64,000 nucleotides of DNA from Octopus sinensis (taxonomy: Eukaryota), in the NCBI RefSeq assembly GCF_006345805.1, contig NC_042998.1, positions 18,600,001-18,664,000 of the forward strand, given 5' to 3'. The notes under the pieces are model-generated. The model did not search any database. It was not told the DNA's origin and saw nothing but the letters and a program-made list of their open reading frames with translations. The translations under genes and the position numbers were made by a program. Below are positions 47,346 to 61,158 of the stretch, piece after piece. The number at the start of each line of letters is the position of its first letter. Positions within the stretch are counted from its first letter, which is position 1.

Positions 47346-48386
47346 AACTTGTAAAAAGAGAGTGACGAATACTATCCAAAGTAAGGTAGTAATATAAATA
47401 AGGGTAAGACATTTCTAAAACAAAAAAGAAAGAAAGCAAACTTCGCTTCGCATTCATACTTAGGCAAACAATAAATTTGCCAAGAAGAGAACCTCTACAT
47501 GATCGCTAAATTCGCAGACTGCTCTCTCCTAAATCCCTCTTAACCATCTTAATCAGAAACATTGTATATAAGAAAAAAAAGCATGAAATGATCATGGCTG
47601 GTTAGACTTTGATCATAAACCTGCTCAGGCATGTCTGACCTGAAACTAACTCAGAACATAATCAAACGGAAAATTATTGTCTCTCAAAATATAAGAACAA
47701 TTGTTATCTCAGAAACCTTATCGGATAATGAAGGTTGTAATAAAAGCGGTTTTCAGAAATATCCCTTTTAACCAGAAAGGTACAATGAAAAGATTGTTTC
47801 ACCTGACGAATTTACTAAGAAACGAAATTAACATTGCTGTTCATAGAATATTATATAACATGGTGTTTATATGAAAATGATCAATGTATGTATTCGTTTC
47901 TACTCCACTGACTCAAATAAATGATATTCTGCAGCAGGAGAGAAGTAGACAAACAAAGCGCCAGTGATCAACTGTTATGAAAGCTACTAAATTATGAGAA
48001 CATTAGATCCACTAAATAATAGACTTGCCAATAAAGACTTGCCTAAGAAGTGAAACATGGAAATTTGAGTAATTAAGCTGCTTTCTAAATTGCACATTAT
48101 ATGAAGTCTAAATCTATTATATATGCGTGTGTGTGTATTAAGGAGAGAGAAAAAGTTGTTTTCGAGGAAATTTCCATATTATTTCACAAATATATTTTTG
48201 GTAAGCTACAGACCATAATTAATTAATCTGGATCATGAATTGATTGTTATTCGAGACTCGATTCACTACATTAAGCTAGACACAGTAACCGAAACGGCTC
48301 TGGTGTAATATAAAGAGATTCGGAAGATACTGCACGCCAGTGCAATAATTTTTTTTTAATGAGCTGGAGAATAAACAAGTAACAAA

Positions 48387-48799
48387 GGCGGCGAGCTGGC
48401 AGAAACGTTAGTACGCCGAACAAAATGCCTAGCGGTATTTCGTCTGTCTTTAAGTTCCGAGTTCAAATTCTGCAGTCGTCGACTTTGCCTTTCATCCTTT
48501 CGGGGTCGATTAAATAGGTACGAGTTACACACTGAGTTCGATATAATCGACTTAATCCGTTTGTCTGTCCTTGTTTGTCCTCTGTGTTTAGCTCCTTGTG
48601 GGTAGTAAAGAAATAGGTATTTCGTCTGCCGCGACGTTCTGAGTGCAAATTCCGCCGAGGTCGACTTTACCTTTCATCCTTTCGGAGTCGATAAATTAAG
48701 TATCAATTACGTACTGGGTTTGATATAATCGACTTAATCCCTTTGTCTGTCCTTGTTTGTCCCCTTTATGTTTAGTCCCCTGTGGGCAATAAAGAAATA
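48387..48799 (+). mobile_element. GGCGGCGAGC-family SINE dimer
   Basis: 19 bp TSD AGAATAAACAAGTAACAAA at 48368-48386 and 48800-48818; junction AAAGAAATAGGTATTTCGTCTG near 48608-48629. Confidence 0.93.
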
Positions 48800-49356
48800 A
48801 GAATAAACAAGTAACAAAATGAGAGTCTACAGAGTTTATAATAGTTCGGTAGTTCGAATATTATCAAAGGCATGCCAATGTAAGCCTTTGAGATATTTAA
48901 TTTGATCGAACCAAATGAATATATTAACCACAGTAAAAACGCAAGTATTAGTAGCAAGCGTACAATAAAACCTACCGTTGTTCAGTTAATGCTGTATTTG
49001 GTCAAACTTTGGTTCACCCTAAATGTGCAGCTCATGTCGATGTTATATTTTCTAAAAAGGAGAGCATTCTTCAACATGTTCTTCCTTTTAAGATTGAAGA
49101 AATTGACCGAAAGTGATTTATTGGAAACCTTAAAAGCCTGAAATACTACTACACTTTCGAATTAAGATCTAATTTATATATACTGCGCTTAATACCGAAC
49201 AAAACAACGAAAGCGTTTACTCCGGCATATTGAATGTATTAATTAAACTTACAAAAGACGGGGAAGCGCTACAGTTGTGTATTGATTTCAGAGAAATTAT
49301 TTCGTATCTCTGATTCATACATACACACACGAATACACATATATGTGTGTGTATAT

Positions 49357-49774
49357 ATGTTTCTTTACTGCCCAAAAGGGGCTGAACATAGAGGGGACAA
49401 ACAAGGACAGACAAAGAGATTAAGTCAATTACATCGACCCCAGTTCGAAACTGGTACTTTATTTATCGATCCCGAAAGGATGAAAGGCAAAGTTGACCTC
49501 GACGGAATTTGAACTCAGAACGTAACGACAGACGAAATACCTATTTCTTTATTACCCACAAGGGGCTAAACACAGAGGGGACAAACAAGAACAGACATAG
49601 GTATTAAGTCGATTATATCGACCCCAGTGCGTAACTGGTACTTATTTAATCGACCCCGAAAGGATGAAAGGCAAAGTCGACCTCGGCGGAATTTGAACTC
49701 AGAACGTAACGACAGACGAAATACCGCTAAGCATTTCACCCGGCGTGCTTACGTTTCTGCCAGCTCGCCGCCTT
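49357..49774 (-). mobile_element. GGCGGCGAGC-family SINE dimer
   Basis: Head at the right end; junction CAGACGAAATACCTATTTCTTT near 49530-49551. Confidence 0.9.
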
Positions 49775-49805
49775 CGTGTGTGTGCATATATCCTACATAA
49801 CATAG

Positions 49806-49863
<58 letters not shown>

Positions 49864-50070
49864 TATTCATATCCTACATGACGTAGACATACATGTGTGT
49901 GTGTGTGTGTGTGTATCCAACATAACGTAGACATGCTGTATAAAGCCACACAACTGCAGTATTCGTCTCGAGGCAGTATCGCGTATAAGAGGCATAGTGC
50001 TAAAAAGCAAATAAGCATATCGGTAGTTGACGCAAAGTGTCAAAATATTCGGAATAGTTTCTTTGCAATG

Positions 50071-50372
50071 TAAAAAGGGCATGGCTCAGTGGTTAGATCG
50101 TCGAGCTTACGATCGTGAGGTTGTGAGTTCGATTCCCAGACCGGGCTGCGTGTTGCGTTCTTGAGCAAGACGCTATATTTCACGTTACTCCACTTCACTC
50201 AGCTGAAGAAATGAGTTGCAACATCACTGGTGTCAAGCTTTGATAACGTCAGTGGTGTGGAGAAGGGAGGCTGGTATGCATGGGTGACTGCTGACCTTCC
50301 ATAAACAATCTTGCCCGGACTTGTACCTCGGAGGGTAACATTATAGGTGAAATCCCATGGCCATTCATTCCC
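50071..50372 (+). mobile_element. tRNA-derived SINE, same family as 28905-29232
   Basis: 17 bp TSD ATAGTTTCTTTGCAATG at 50054-50070 and 50373-50389. Confidence 0.92.
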
Positions 50373-50942
50373 ATAGTTTCTTTGCAATGCAAACAAGTTT
50401 TGTTTTTGCTAAGGAAACTTATCTGTAAATTCAACTTCAATCCCGTGAATCCAAAAATGCTTCTGTCAGTAAAATAATGTAAATCAGAGCTTGCTCTAAT
50501 ATTATACGAATTACAACCGTGCAGTTATTTTCTGTCGGAGTTTGTTCATACTATACCGTACTCCGAAAAAAAATAGTGTAACCGATCATGATGGCGCGGG
50601 TGAAAATGCTAAAACATGTTAGCCGAACCCTTTTTCTTCTCACAGAATGAAAACAACATGCGGTTTAACCACAGTATCTGGTTTTCAATGCGAGGGTACG
50701 AATGGGTGCCTAGAGAAGACACACCCATATTATAGCTAGCAAGCAAACACGCCGTATAGTGATTCTGTTTCAGTGAATATGCACACAGATGTATACATGA
50801 ATTTATACATACATATAGACATGTATATGTATATTCGTCCTCATATATACATATATCTATGTGTGAGTGCGTGCGTGTTTGTGTGTGGGTGTCCCTATGT
50901 GTGCGCGCGCGCATTCGTGTGTATTATGCATATGTGTGTGTG

Positions 50943-50991
<49 letters not shown>

Positions 50992-50995
50992 CATA

Positions 50996-51158
50996 GGCGT
51001 AGGAGTGGCTGTGTGGTAAGTAGCTTACTTACCAACCACATGGTTCCGGGTTCAGTCCCACTGCATGGCACCTTGGGCAAGTGTCTTCTACTATAGCCTC
51101 GGGCCGACCAAAGCCTTGTGAGAGGATTTGGTAGATGGAAACTGAAAGAAGCCCGTCG

Positions 51159-51215
<57 letters not shown>

Positions 51216-51436
51216 CGTATGTGTGTGTATATGTTTGTGTGTCTGTGGTTGTCCCCCCAACATCGCTTGAAACCGATGGTGGTATGTTTACATCCCCGTA
51301 ACCTAGTGGTTCGGCAAAAGAGGCAGATAGAATAAGTACTAGGTTTACAAAGAATAAGTTCTGGGGTCGATTTGCTCGACTAAATGCAGTGCTCCATCAT
51401 GGCCACAGTCATATGACTGAGACAAGTAAAAGAGTA
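50996..51436 (+). mobile_element. Microsatellite-containing SINE, full length
   Basis: Head GGCGTAGGAGTGGCTGTGTGG; colinear arms. Confidence 0.92.
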
Positions 51437-51980
51437 TACATACAAACACTTCACAGTCACATGTATACGCCCGTACAAACATAGACACATACCGCGTATT
51501 GTATATATATATATATTTATAAACGCATACTCACACATTTATTTGTGTCAATGCATATTATATTATTCAATTCATATATTCAATACGAGCAGTGTACTGT
51601 GTTTAGAGCTGGACACTCCCTTACGCTTGTAATAAGCATACATAGCTGATATTGCACCATACAATTTTGAGATGTTGCCCTAGATATACTATTTAAAGAT
51701 CAAATATTGTGTGGTCTTCAATTACAAGATGATTCATGCAGTTCCGCTCACTTTAATATTACTATAGTAGTATATTTAGTCATTGACGTTGAGTAATAGA
51801 ATGTAGAATCCCAGAAATCCCAACAATAGAATGAAGAAGTTTGTAGCAGTCGCGAAGTCTTCTTCATTTCAAAACCTGCGCTTTTAAATGGTAAATGATA
51901 TATTAGATACTACGCATCAATCTTAAGTTCAATTCACGCATCACGTATATTCTTAAAGTCTGGATAGACCTGGATATATT

Positions 51981-52399
51981 TAATTCTTTATTGCCCACAG
52001 GGGGCTAAACATAGGGGGGGGGGAAACAAGGACAGGCAAGCGGATTAAGTCGATTATATCGACCTCAGTGCGTAACTGGTACTTATTTAATCGACCCCGA
52101 AAGGATGACAGGCAAAGTCGACCTCAGCGGAATTTGAACTCAGAACGTAGCGGTAGACGAAATACTTATTTCTTTACTACCCAGAAGGGGCTAAACACAA
52201 AAAGGACAAACAAGGACAGACAAAGGGATTAAGTCGATTATATCAACCCTAGAGCGTAACTAGTACTTATTTAATCGAACCCGAAAGGATGAAAGGCAAA
52301 GTCGACCTCGGCGGAATTTGAACTCAGAACGTAGCGGCAGACGAAATACCGCAAAGGTTTCGCCCGGCGTGCTAACGATTCTGCCAGCTCGCCGCCTTC
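51981..52399 (-). mobile_element. GGCGGCGAGC-family SINE dimer
   Basis: TSD ATAGA(C/T)CTGGATATATT at 51964-51980 and 52400-52416; junction AGACGAAATACTTATTTCTTT near 52156-52176. Confidence 0.92.
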
Positions 52400-53597
52400 A
52401 TAGATCTGGATATATTACGACGGAAACAGTAGACAACATGATCATAGGTGGCATATAGTATACCCTAATTTTTCAGATTGATAGCGGGATAGCTTGATAG
52501 AATACGAATCGATGGAAGCATGCGTGAGATTAACGTCTAAATGCACACACGCGCAAGCGCATACATACACATACACAGACACAAATAAGGATATTGACTG
52601 ATCTGAAAATACTATTTGATATAAGTATACTGTCTGTAATATGCGTGTGAGCGTAAGTGAGCATGTGTGTGTGTGTGTACGAATGTATGTATAGTGGAAT
52701 ATTCACATGTGTCTTGGGATATTCATATGAGGCGCTTATGAATGTAGGGGTCATTATCCACGGTCTTAGAATAATATTTTTGTCCTTCAAAATCTGCCGT
52801 GGGTAATTTCCGAATTTTCAGACTGTTTGGCTATGCGCCTAGTCTCAAACAAGCCTACCTTCCTATCTTGATCTTTAAACATTATCAGTTTTTTTTATAT
52901 CTTCTCCATATTTTCATTCTATTTATTTGTTTGTTTACCCATTTGTTTATCTTATTCTCTATATTTCATCATAAAGTTTATTCCTTTAAAATACTACGGG
53001 ATGGTCGGCTAAAATTTTACAAACCAAATTTTTTAATGATAGAATTATTTTCTTATTACTTTTTCAATTTCTATTTTATTTTATTCTTTTACCGTCTTTG
53101 TTAATATTAGTGCATCCTATATATGGTAATTCTAGTGTTTATAAGGAATGAAATCTCCCCAATATATCAATTGCCTGTGACTAAATAGGGAAACTATTTG
53201 CTATGTATAGCAGAGTCTGGTGATTTAACCTGCGATGAAATGTCCTAAAGTATAGCCTGATTGTCTTATAACGACACAGTGTGACGGATAATATAGCGTT
53301 GTTAACATAGATTGCGAAACAGCTGTCAACTAACAGGATAAACATTTCTTCACTCACATCATTTCTCTTATTAAATCAATGTGTGTGTGTGTGCGGGTGG
53401 GGGGGGGTGTACTGTTCTATGATAGACAGATCAACAAAAAATGTACTCCATTTGGTGAGATATAAATATTATTTATTTAAAGGACACAATACATGTCTTT
53501 ATGTGCTACTAATCTGTTTTAGTTCGTTATCATATGTGGTTTGTGCCTGGTAAATATGGTTGAAATATATACACACACACACATATATATGTATATA

Positions 53598-53699
<102 letters not shown>

Positions 53700-53769
53700 T
53701 ATATGCTCTAATATATATACAGCCTTGGTTTTTTTTATCTCATTACACAAAAAATTCATATATATAGTT

Positions 53770-53965
53770 AATCCAAACATGAACAAAGAGAAAACACAAC
53801 AACGCGAGGACGTGGAACAAGTATAGTATTATTGGACGCTCAGGAAAGGAAGGAAAGAAGGAGGATTTAAAGTTTCGAGCGGAGCTCTTTGTCAGAAATA
53901 TAGAAAAAAGGAAAAGTCGGAGAAAGAAAATCGCCAACAATACACACACTGTCACATATTTAAAA
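53770..53965 (-). mobile_element. Second copy of the (TA)n-anchored Penelope-like end with a hammerhead-like motif
   Basis: Homologous to 3031-3215; the minus strand reads ATTT-CTGACAA-AGAGCTCCGCTC-GAAA-CTTT-AAAT. Confidence 0.6.
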
Positions 53966-54773
53966 AAATGTATGTATATAAGTATGTATGTATATATATA
54001 TTTATCTATCTACACATACAACACACACATATACACACCCATACACACACACACACAGATATATAATATACTTATTCGTGTAAACCTGTATCGCATTGAA
54101 CATCAGATATGTTCTAGTTAAGACCTATTTTATATAGATGTATGCGTGTATGCCTGTGAGCGTACGGGTATTGAGAATGTGTGCGTGTGGGCGCATGGTT
54201 TATTCACTAAAGCCTGGTGTTCTCTTGGGAGGAAACCGCATCCTGAGAAGGCAAGTCTTGTCGGCTAAAAAATGAAACAGTGATGCACAATAGCTTTAAA
54301 AGAATAGTTGCTAAGAGCTACTCCATGAACTAAAATTTTTAGTTTTTTTTTTTTTTTCATGGCATACATACACAAGACATGGAGGATGATTGAGAGAAGA
54401 AAGCAGTACGAGAAAGATTTTTGTTTCTTTTTTTTTTATGTGAGAAGTTGATATACTGTGATTTCATGTGCCTGTAATTAACACTGTATATATGTGTGAG
54501 TGAGTGAGTAACTGCCACAATATGTGAATATGGATGCATGCTTTAATGAGAATGTATTAAAATAGAGCAAATTTTGAGTGAAAGAGAAACTGAGAATGGG
54601 ACAAAGAGAGACAAAGAGAGAGAGAGGAAGAGTGTGTATGTGTTTGTATTTACAAACACATTCACATGAATGAATAGATATGTATGTACATTAAACCAAA
54701 AAGTGAAAATTTGGGTGAGGAAAAGTGAAATAGTAAGCCTAAATCTATGTTAATGGGAATGCTTGGCTATATA

Positions 54774-55168
54774 GGCGTAGGAGTGGCTGTGTCGTAAGTA
54801 GCTTGCTTACCAACAACATGGTTCCGGGTTCAGTCCCACTGCGGGGCACCTTGGGCAAGTGTCTTCTACTAATAGCCTCGGGCTGACCAAAGCCTTGTGA
54901 GTGGATTTGGTTGATGGAAACTGAAAGAAGCCCGTCATGTATATGTATATATATCTATGTATATATGTATTTGTGTGTTTATGTTTGTGTGTCTCTGTTT
55001 GTTTCCCCAACGTCGCATGACAACCGATGCTGGTGTGTTTACGTCCCTGTAACTTAGCGGTTCGACAAAAGAGACCGATAGAATAAGTACTAGGCTTAAA
55101 AAGAATAAGTCGACTAAAGGCGGTGCTCCAGCATGGCCACAGTCAAATGACTGAAAGAAGCAAAAGAG
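54774..55168 (+). mobile_element. Microsatellite-containing SINE, full length
   Basis: Head GGCGTAGGAGTGGCTGTG; colinear arms with a small deletion in the right arm. Confidence 0.9.
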
Positions 55169-55668
55169 ATATGTATGTATATATATATATATTATATATA
55201 TATATATAACTGAGTACAGTGTGTGTGTCTGACTAAGAAAGCAGAGGTGTTAGTAAGAGTGCGAAGTTTGTGAGTATATGTGTTCCCTATATTGTGATTG
55301 TATATGTAAGTACAGATATCTCTGAGGGTATTTCTACGTCCGTAGATATTTGCATGTGCGCGGGTGAGAGGAGTGAGTATGAGGCCGTAAGAAACAGGAA
55401 ATAGAGACGAAATGGTAGATGTGTGTATGGTTGCGTTCATTTGAAGTTGTGCATGTGTGTCAGTTGATAGAAATATCAATGTGTCTATAGAAGTCTCAGA
55501 GCTGTGATTCCCAATGTGGGGCGCACCCCCACAGGGTTGCAATTTGAATATTTGTGGGGGTGAGTTTGAAAATTGTACAATGAAATTCATATGTGACTGT
55601 TTCGTACAAGCTTTTCAATTTTTGGGTGTTAAAGCAGGTTGCCATATGTATATATGTATGTATGTATG

Positions 55669-55710
<42 letters not shown>

Positions 55711-55712
<2 letters not shown>

Positions 55713-56020
55713 CGTAGGAGTGGCTCTCTGGTAAGTACTTTGCTTACCATCCATGTGTGAGTGGATTTGGTAGACGGAAACTGAAAGAGGCCCCTCGTAT
55801 ATATGTATATATATATATGTATGTGTGCATATATTTGTGTGTCTGTTTGTCCCCCCAACGTCGCTTGGCAACCTTAGCGGTTCGGGAAAAGAGACCGATA
55901 GAGTAAGTATTAGGTTTACAAATAATAAGTCCTGGGGTCGATTTGCTCGACTAAAGGCGGTGCTCCAGCATGGCCACAGTCACATGACTGAAACAAGTAA
56001 AAGATTAAAAGAGTAAAAGA
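55711..56020 (+). mobile_element. Microsatellite-containing SINE with internal deletions
   Basis: Head joined directly to GTGAGTGGATTTGG; right arm present. Confidence 0.87.
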
Positions 56021-56025
56021 GATAA

Positions 56026-56131
<106 letters not shown>

Positions 56132-56473
56132 GAGAGCCGGAAGGTATGTCTGCCGAAACGTTGTGTTAACAACAAACAAGATGAGGACAAATACCCGTCA
56201 AATGTAAATAATGTAAATAATGTACATAATTCCTCATCTTTTAGAACTGTATTTACTGATTGTTGTTTCATGAATCACAGGAGACACATGACCATTGTGT
56301 CACACGATCGGATTTTATAACAACTATTAGAATGTTCTGGCATACAACCTAAAGAACTGTGATATTTTTTTACAAAAACATATGATAAAGTTTTTGTGTA
56401 AATTCAGAACTGGAATATTTCATAACAGTCAAATATATGCTAAAATATATCGACACTGAAATAATATTTTTCT

Positions 56474-56706
56474 TATTTCTTTGTTGCCCACAAGAGGCTA
56501 AACATAGAGGGGACAAACAAGGACAGGCAAAGGGATTAAGTCGATGACATCGATCCAAGTGTGTAACTGGTACTTAATCTATCGACTCCAAAAGGATGAA
56601 AGGCAAGGTCGACCTCGGCGGAATTTGAACTCAGAACGTAACGGCAGACGAAATGCCGATAAGCATTTCGCCCGGCGCGCTAACGTTTCGGCCAACTCGT
56701 CGCCTT
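56474..56706 (-). mobile_element. GGCGGCGAGC-family SINE monomer with a duplicated head fragment
   Basis: Tail A at the left end; GCCAACTCGTCGCCTTC followed by TGCCAGCTCGC; approximate TSD ACTGAAA..TATTTTT. Confidence 0.85.
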
Positions 56707-57456
56707 CTGCCAGCTCGCACTGAAATATTTTTCTTTACACAAAATGGAATTAATAATCTGCTTCTACAGTAACTTCTGAAATTTCGTCACTGTTATCAAA
56801 ACCCCGAATGGCTGATGGTGTAGGCTAGGATTTTAAGCCGGCAACGCACGATTTCTAAACACGGTTCCCAAGGAGAACGATGAAACTTTCAACGACATGC
56901 CAATAAGAATCATGTTTGCAGCAAAATTGATGAGTTGCGTAGAGATATTGTACTCTCATTCAACGATTTAAGTGAAGGACACTCACAGGGAATTTCTATT
57001 GTTCGTATACGTGAGATTACACTAATCGCGAAGAATGAATTTACGAGGCTTTGAGAGTCGTTAGCGACCTCAGTTAGGAAGTAACATTCATAACTGAAAT
57101 AAACGCTAAAACTCTTTGTATGGAAATAAATAAAACACTTGTGGAAAGCATAGTATTTTGTGTGCAGATTTTTCCCATGTTGCGATTGGCTAGAAAAACG
57201 GCTGCTTCCTTGTTGATGGATAATGACATTCAGAGAATGTTGCCAGGGCACTATGTCACTGCCAATGAAAATTTAGTAGCTGTAAACATTTCACCTGTTT
57301 TAAAAATATGCTACTGAATTCATTCATACTATATATATTACCATCATTAAAGTTAATGTTAAACGTGTTTCTTTAAACAGTTATGTGGGTTAAAAATATA
57401 AACCGTATAAGGTCATGGCTTTGTACTAACGTCAGTTTGCTTTCATAAGGAAATTG

Positions 57457-57886
57457 GGATCTTTTCGGTTTGAACGGCAGTTTTTAACATAATTTCTAGG
57501 TAACTAAAAAATTTTAAACTTCGTATACTTGTAGAAAGTGTTTATAAAACACCTTTTTCTCTTGGCTTTATTGAGAAAATTCTATAGTTTGTAAGATATG
57601 TGTTGTTCTTTTTCTTCAATTTCTGCAATTTCAACCAATCAATGACGTCTATTGAGGTAAAAGAACATTCTGTGCCGTATGAATAAGTCCCTCGTTTAAG
57701 AAATAGATTGGGTTTATTTACATTTGTGAAGAAAAAAAGATACCCTTCCCCCCACCCCTAACCCTAACACTAACCCTAACCCTAAAATAGATTGAAATGC
57801 AATAGATCGATACTAGGGTCATAATTATGGGTGACAATTTCATATGACACCGCTAGGAAAAACTGCCGTTCAAACCGAAAAGATCT
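57457..57886. mobile_element. MITE, 430 bp, with ~29 bp TIRs and 8 bp TSD (Merlin-like by inference)
   Basis: GATCTTTTCGGTTTGAACGGCAGTTTTT and AAAAACTGCCGTTCAAACCGAAAAGATC are a perfect 28 bp inverted pair; TSD GGAAATTG (57449-57456) and GGAAATTC (57887-57894). Confidence 0.88.
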
Positions 57887-59958
57887 GGAAATTCGCTAAA
57901 AAGATTCATAGAAATACTAAGAATATAATTTTTTGTATCTCTTTTGAAAGGTGAACTGAAATGAAAAGCTTCTGTTAGAATTTTGATGGATAAGCTATGG
58001 AGAATTTATAGATATTTTTTTGGCAAAAAATTAAAATATATTAAATATGCAATGAGCAATCATGGTCTCTCGTTGATTCAAAGAAAAACTTGGCTTCAAA
58101 ACAATCTGGAATTATATCAAAAGAAAATAACCACGCTGTACTGGCTAAAGGAAATAAGGTTTCCATCGTGGTTTACTCAGCAATTACGGAGTGAACTTAA
58201 TTGAAGCGGACGCAGAATACGAAAAAGAATTGTCTAAAATACAAATTGAATCTTTTAAAGCTCTATCCAAAATGAAAATAAACCAAGATGTTGCTGTGCG
58301 ATGAAACCAAAGCGAATAAACAAATTCATCACAAGTGACGAGAGTGCTATTGTTACCATGCCCATTTTCATTTTGGAGGAAAGAGGATTTGGTATTACGA
58401 TACAGGAAAAATAGACAAACAAAAACGACTACGAGAATTATGACTGATGTTTCGTTATTGCCTGAAGTCAAAACCATTTTTAATAAAACGAATCACAATA
58501 ACTTCACCGTTTTCTGTCTTTTACATATATCGTAAGGCTGTATTATTGATTAAATTACAATTTTTGCAAAGTTAACGTCGACAACCTGAAGGAAAAGTTT
58601 CATTTCAAACAAATAAGATAGTGAGCTTAAGTTTCCTTTATTATTATATTGTTTTAAAGATCATGTAATGTACTCGTAATAAATATTCTAGTTTTATTGA
58701 AATTTAAAATTATAACTTTCCACACAAAAAAATATTTTTATGTAATGGAAGCGAATATCTTATGTTTGAGGTGTCAACAACGATATTATTCACAAAATAC
58801 AATATCACATGTAAAATTTATATAAAGAACAATAAAACTTATGGTAAAAAAAAAGTTAGGAAGCAACAGCGCGTAAAATGTAAAAGAAAAAGCGAAATAG
58901 TGAAAATTCATAAAATTGCAAGAAATGTGATATGTGTGTGTGTATGTCTGTCTGTGGGTGTGAGTGTGTGGGTTTGTGTTGTGTATATATCTATCTATCT
59001 ATCTATTTTTTGGTGTAAAGTGAAAGCGCGAATGTGTGATAAAATAATAACAGTTTATGATAAAGACAAAGGGATTGAGGGGCGTGGTAATTAACGAGAG
59101 ACAGAAAGTTTGAAGCTAGGACAAGAACATTATCGGAAAACATAACAGAAGAGAGAAAGAAAGACAGACAGAGAGACAGAGAAACGAAGGTGAGGGGAGG
59201 AAAAGAGAGATAGACTGACACAGATTGATACAGACAGACAGGCAAGGGATTAGACAGGTGAGAGACAGAATGGGAGAATATATTTAAAAAAACTAGTATC
59301 TAGTAGACAGAAAAACAGGTAATATGAGTTTCTACAATACTGTTGGGAGAAACTACTTCAGGAGAGTGTTCGTTATATTCAATACAAATACGATAGCAAT
59401 CCGGTCACACAGACATATACAAGTATATATAGTTGTACGGGTAAACCTACTTTTTTTCCTACTGAGGGCTTATATGCCCCATTATTAGACTATTTTCTTT
59501 AGTCCTTGCCCGGTGATCGTTTTATAAGCTTTAAGCGTATAAAATGCTATTGTTAGTATTTGTTAAAAAAAACAAGTAAAAATCGTCGCTGCTTACCAAA
59601 AAAACCATCGCAGAAACAGCACATGAAGTTTGTTTACAAGAACAGCACCACGAACTAATTATAGCTCTTAAGTCTGACGTTGATGTAAATAGTTAGCACA
59701 CTTGTCGCGAGAACAAAGAAATGCGAGTTCGCGTCCAACGGGTACCGTAAAAACTACTTTTTTCCGTCCCATTATTAGGTTATTTTCTTTAGTCACTTCA
59801 CGGTGACCGCTTATAAGCTTTAAGCTTATTAATTACTATTATTATTATTTACAGAATTGTTAAAATCCATATATATTTTGTTTTTCGGCGATCGTTTTTG
59901 GTAAGCGGTATGGATTTTAACAGTTCTGTAAATAATAATAACAGTACTTAATAATAGG

Positions 59959-59993
<35 letters not shown>

Positions 59994-60262
59994 CATTAAA
60001 TGCGAAATCACATGTGATATGTAACTGAATTCTTTTTTAAAATGATGTGTTTTGAAGTTTTGCATTCGGTAGAATTTTGTTTATTTTTAGTAGTTTTGAC
60101 CGCATTGGTCCCTCTTAGCGTGTTGGTATCTACGAATAGTAGCACCCTCAATATAATATAAATGAATATTTTCAAAGAGGAAGAATTTACGGATTTTTTC
60201 TCTTACGAGGTTTTTCACGCTGACTACTGATAATTTTTTAAAGATTTTATCCTCAATTCTTA

Positions 60263-60323
<61 letters not shown>

Positions 60324-60344
60324 GTCATTTTCTTTTTCACTGTT

Positions 60345-60620
60345 TTCACTCATTGGATTACGGCCATGCTAAAAAGGTGTCTCGGAGAGTTTAGACGAAC
60401 AAATCGATACCAATACTTATATTATAAGTCCGATGTTTATTCCGTTCGTCTCTTTTGTTGGACCGTTAATCTTACAGTAACAGGAACAAAGCAACAGCGG
60501 CTTTTAAACTGCGGGGGAGAGAAAAGCAGGAACACACACACACAAACATATTTATGTATGACAAACTTCCACGGATTTTGTACACCAAATTCACACGCAG
60601 GGCTTATTCGGCTCGGAGTC
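60345..60620 (-). mobile_element. Highly degenerate microsatellite-containing SINE
   Basis: GGCCATGCT...GAACAAATCGATACC...CTCTTTTGTTGGACCGTTAA...CCAAATTCACAC. Confidence 0.6.
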
Positions 60621-60729
60621 TATATACGACAAAATCCTTGAAATGTAGGTCTGACATCCTTTTGATATATATATATGTGTATGTGTGCGTGTGTGTCTGT
60701 TATGTTATATTATATTATATATACGTTTA

Positions 60730-60752
60730 TATATAGATACATATACACACAC

Positions 60753-60783
<31 letters not shown>

Positions 60784-60784
60784 A

Positions 60785-60831
<47 letters not shown>

Positions 60832-60945
60832 TATAGATTGATAGATAGAAAGATGGATAGATACATAGATAGATAGATAGATAGAAAGATGGATAGATAG
60901 ATAGATAGATATAGATAGATGGATAGATTGATAGATAGATAGATA
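60730..60945. repeat. (GACA)n/(GATA)n microsatellite
   Basis: Seen directly. Confidence 0.95.
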
Positions 60946-61060
60946 TGTTTCTTTATTAGCCACACAGGGCTGCACACAGACAGGACAAATTACAAGGTAG
61001 AGCTTTTCTTTTGGGGGTAAAAAAGGGGGTTTTGTTTTCGATCAAAAGGGATCGTGAAAG
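60946..61060 (-). mobile_element. 3' end of an unidentified element terminating in (TATC)n; second copy at ~62628-62720
   Basis: Minus strand TTTGTCCTGTCTGTGTGCAGCCCTGTGTGGCTAATAAAGAAA then (TATC)n; both copies share TCGATCAAAAGGG (~61038 and ~62697). Confidence 0.55.
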
Positions 61061-61121
61061 GAAAGGAAGAGGACAAAAAAGGGGGGGAGGATAAAATAAA
61101 ATAAAATATAAATAGATAGAC

Positions 61122-61158
<37 letters not shown>

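Noticed and set aside
56760-58520. Cluster of 65-113 aa ORFs around the MITE suggesting a gene or decayed transposase
   Set aside because: No consistent strand or frame; the motif resemblances (FPCCDWL, a hydrophobic stretch, LDRA) are short and end in stops.
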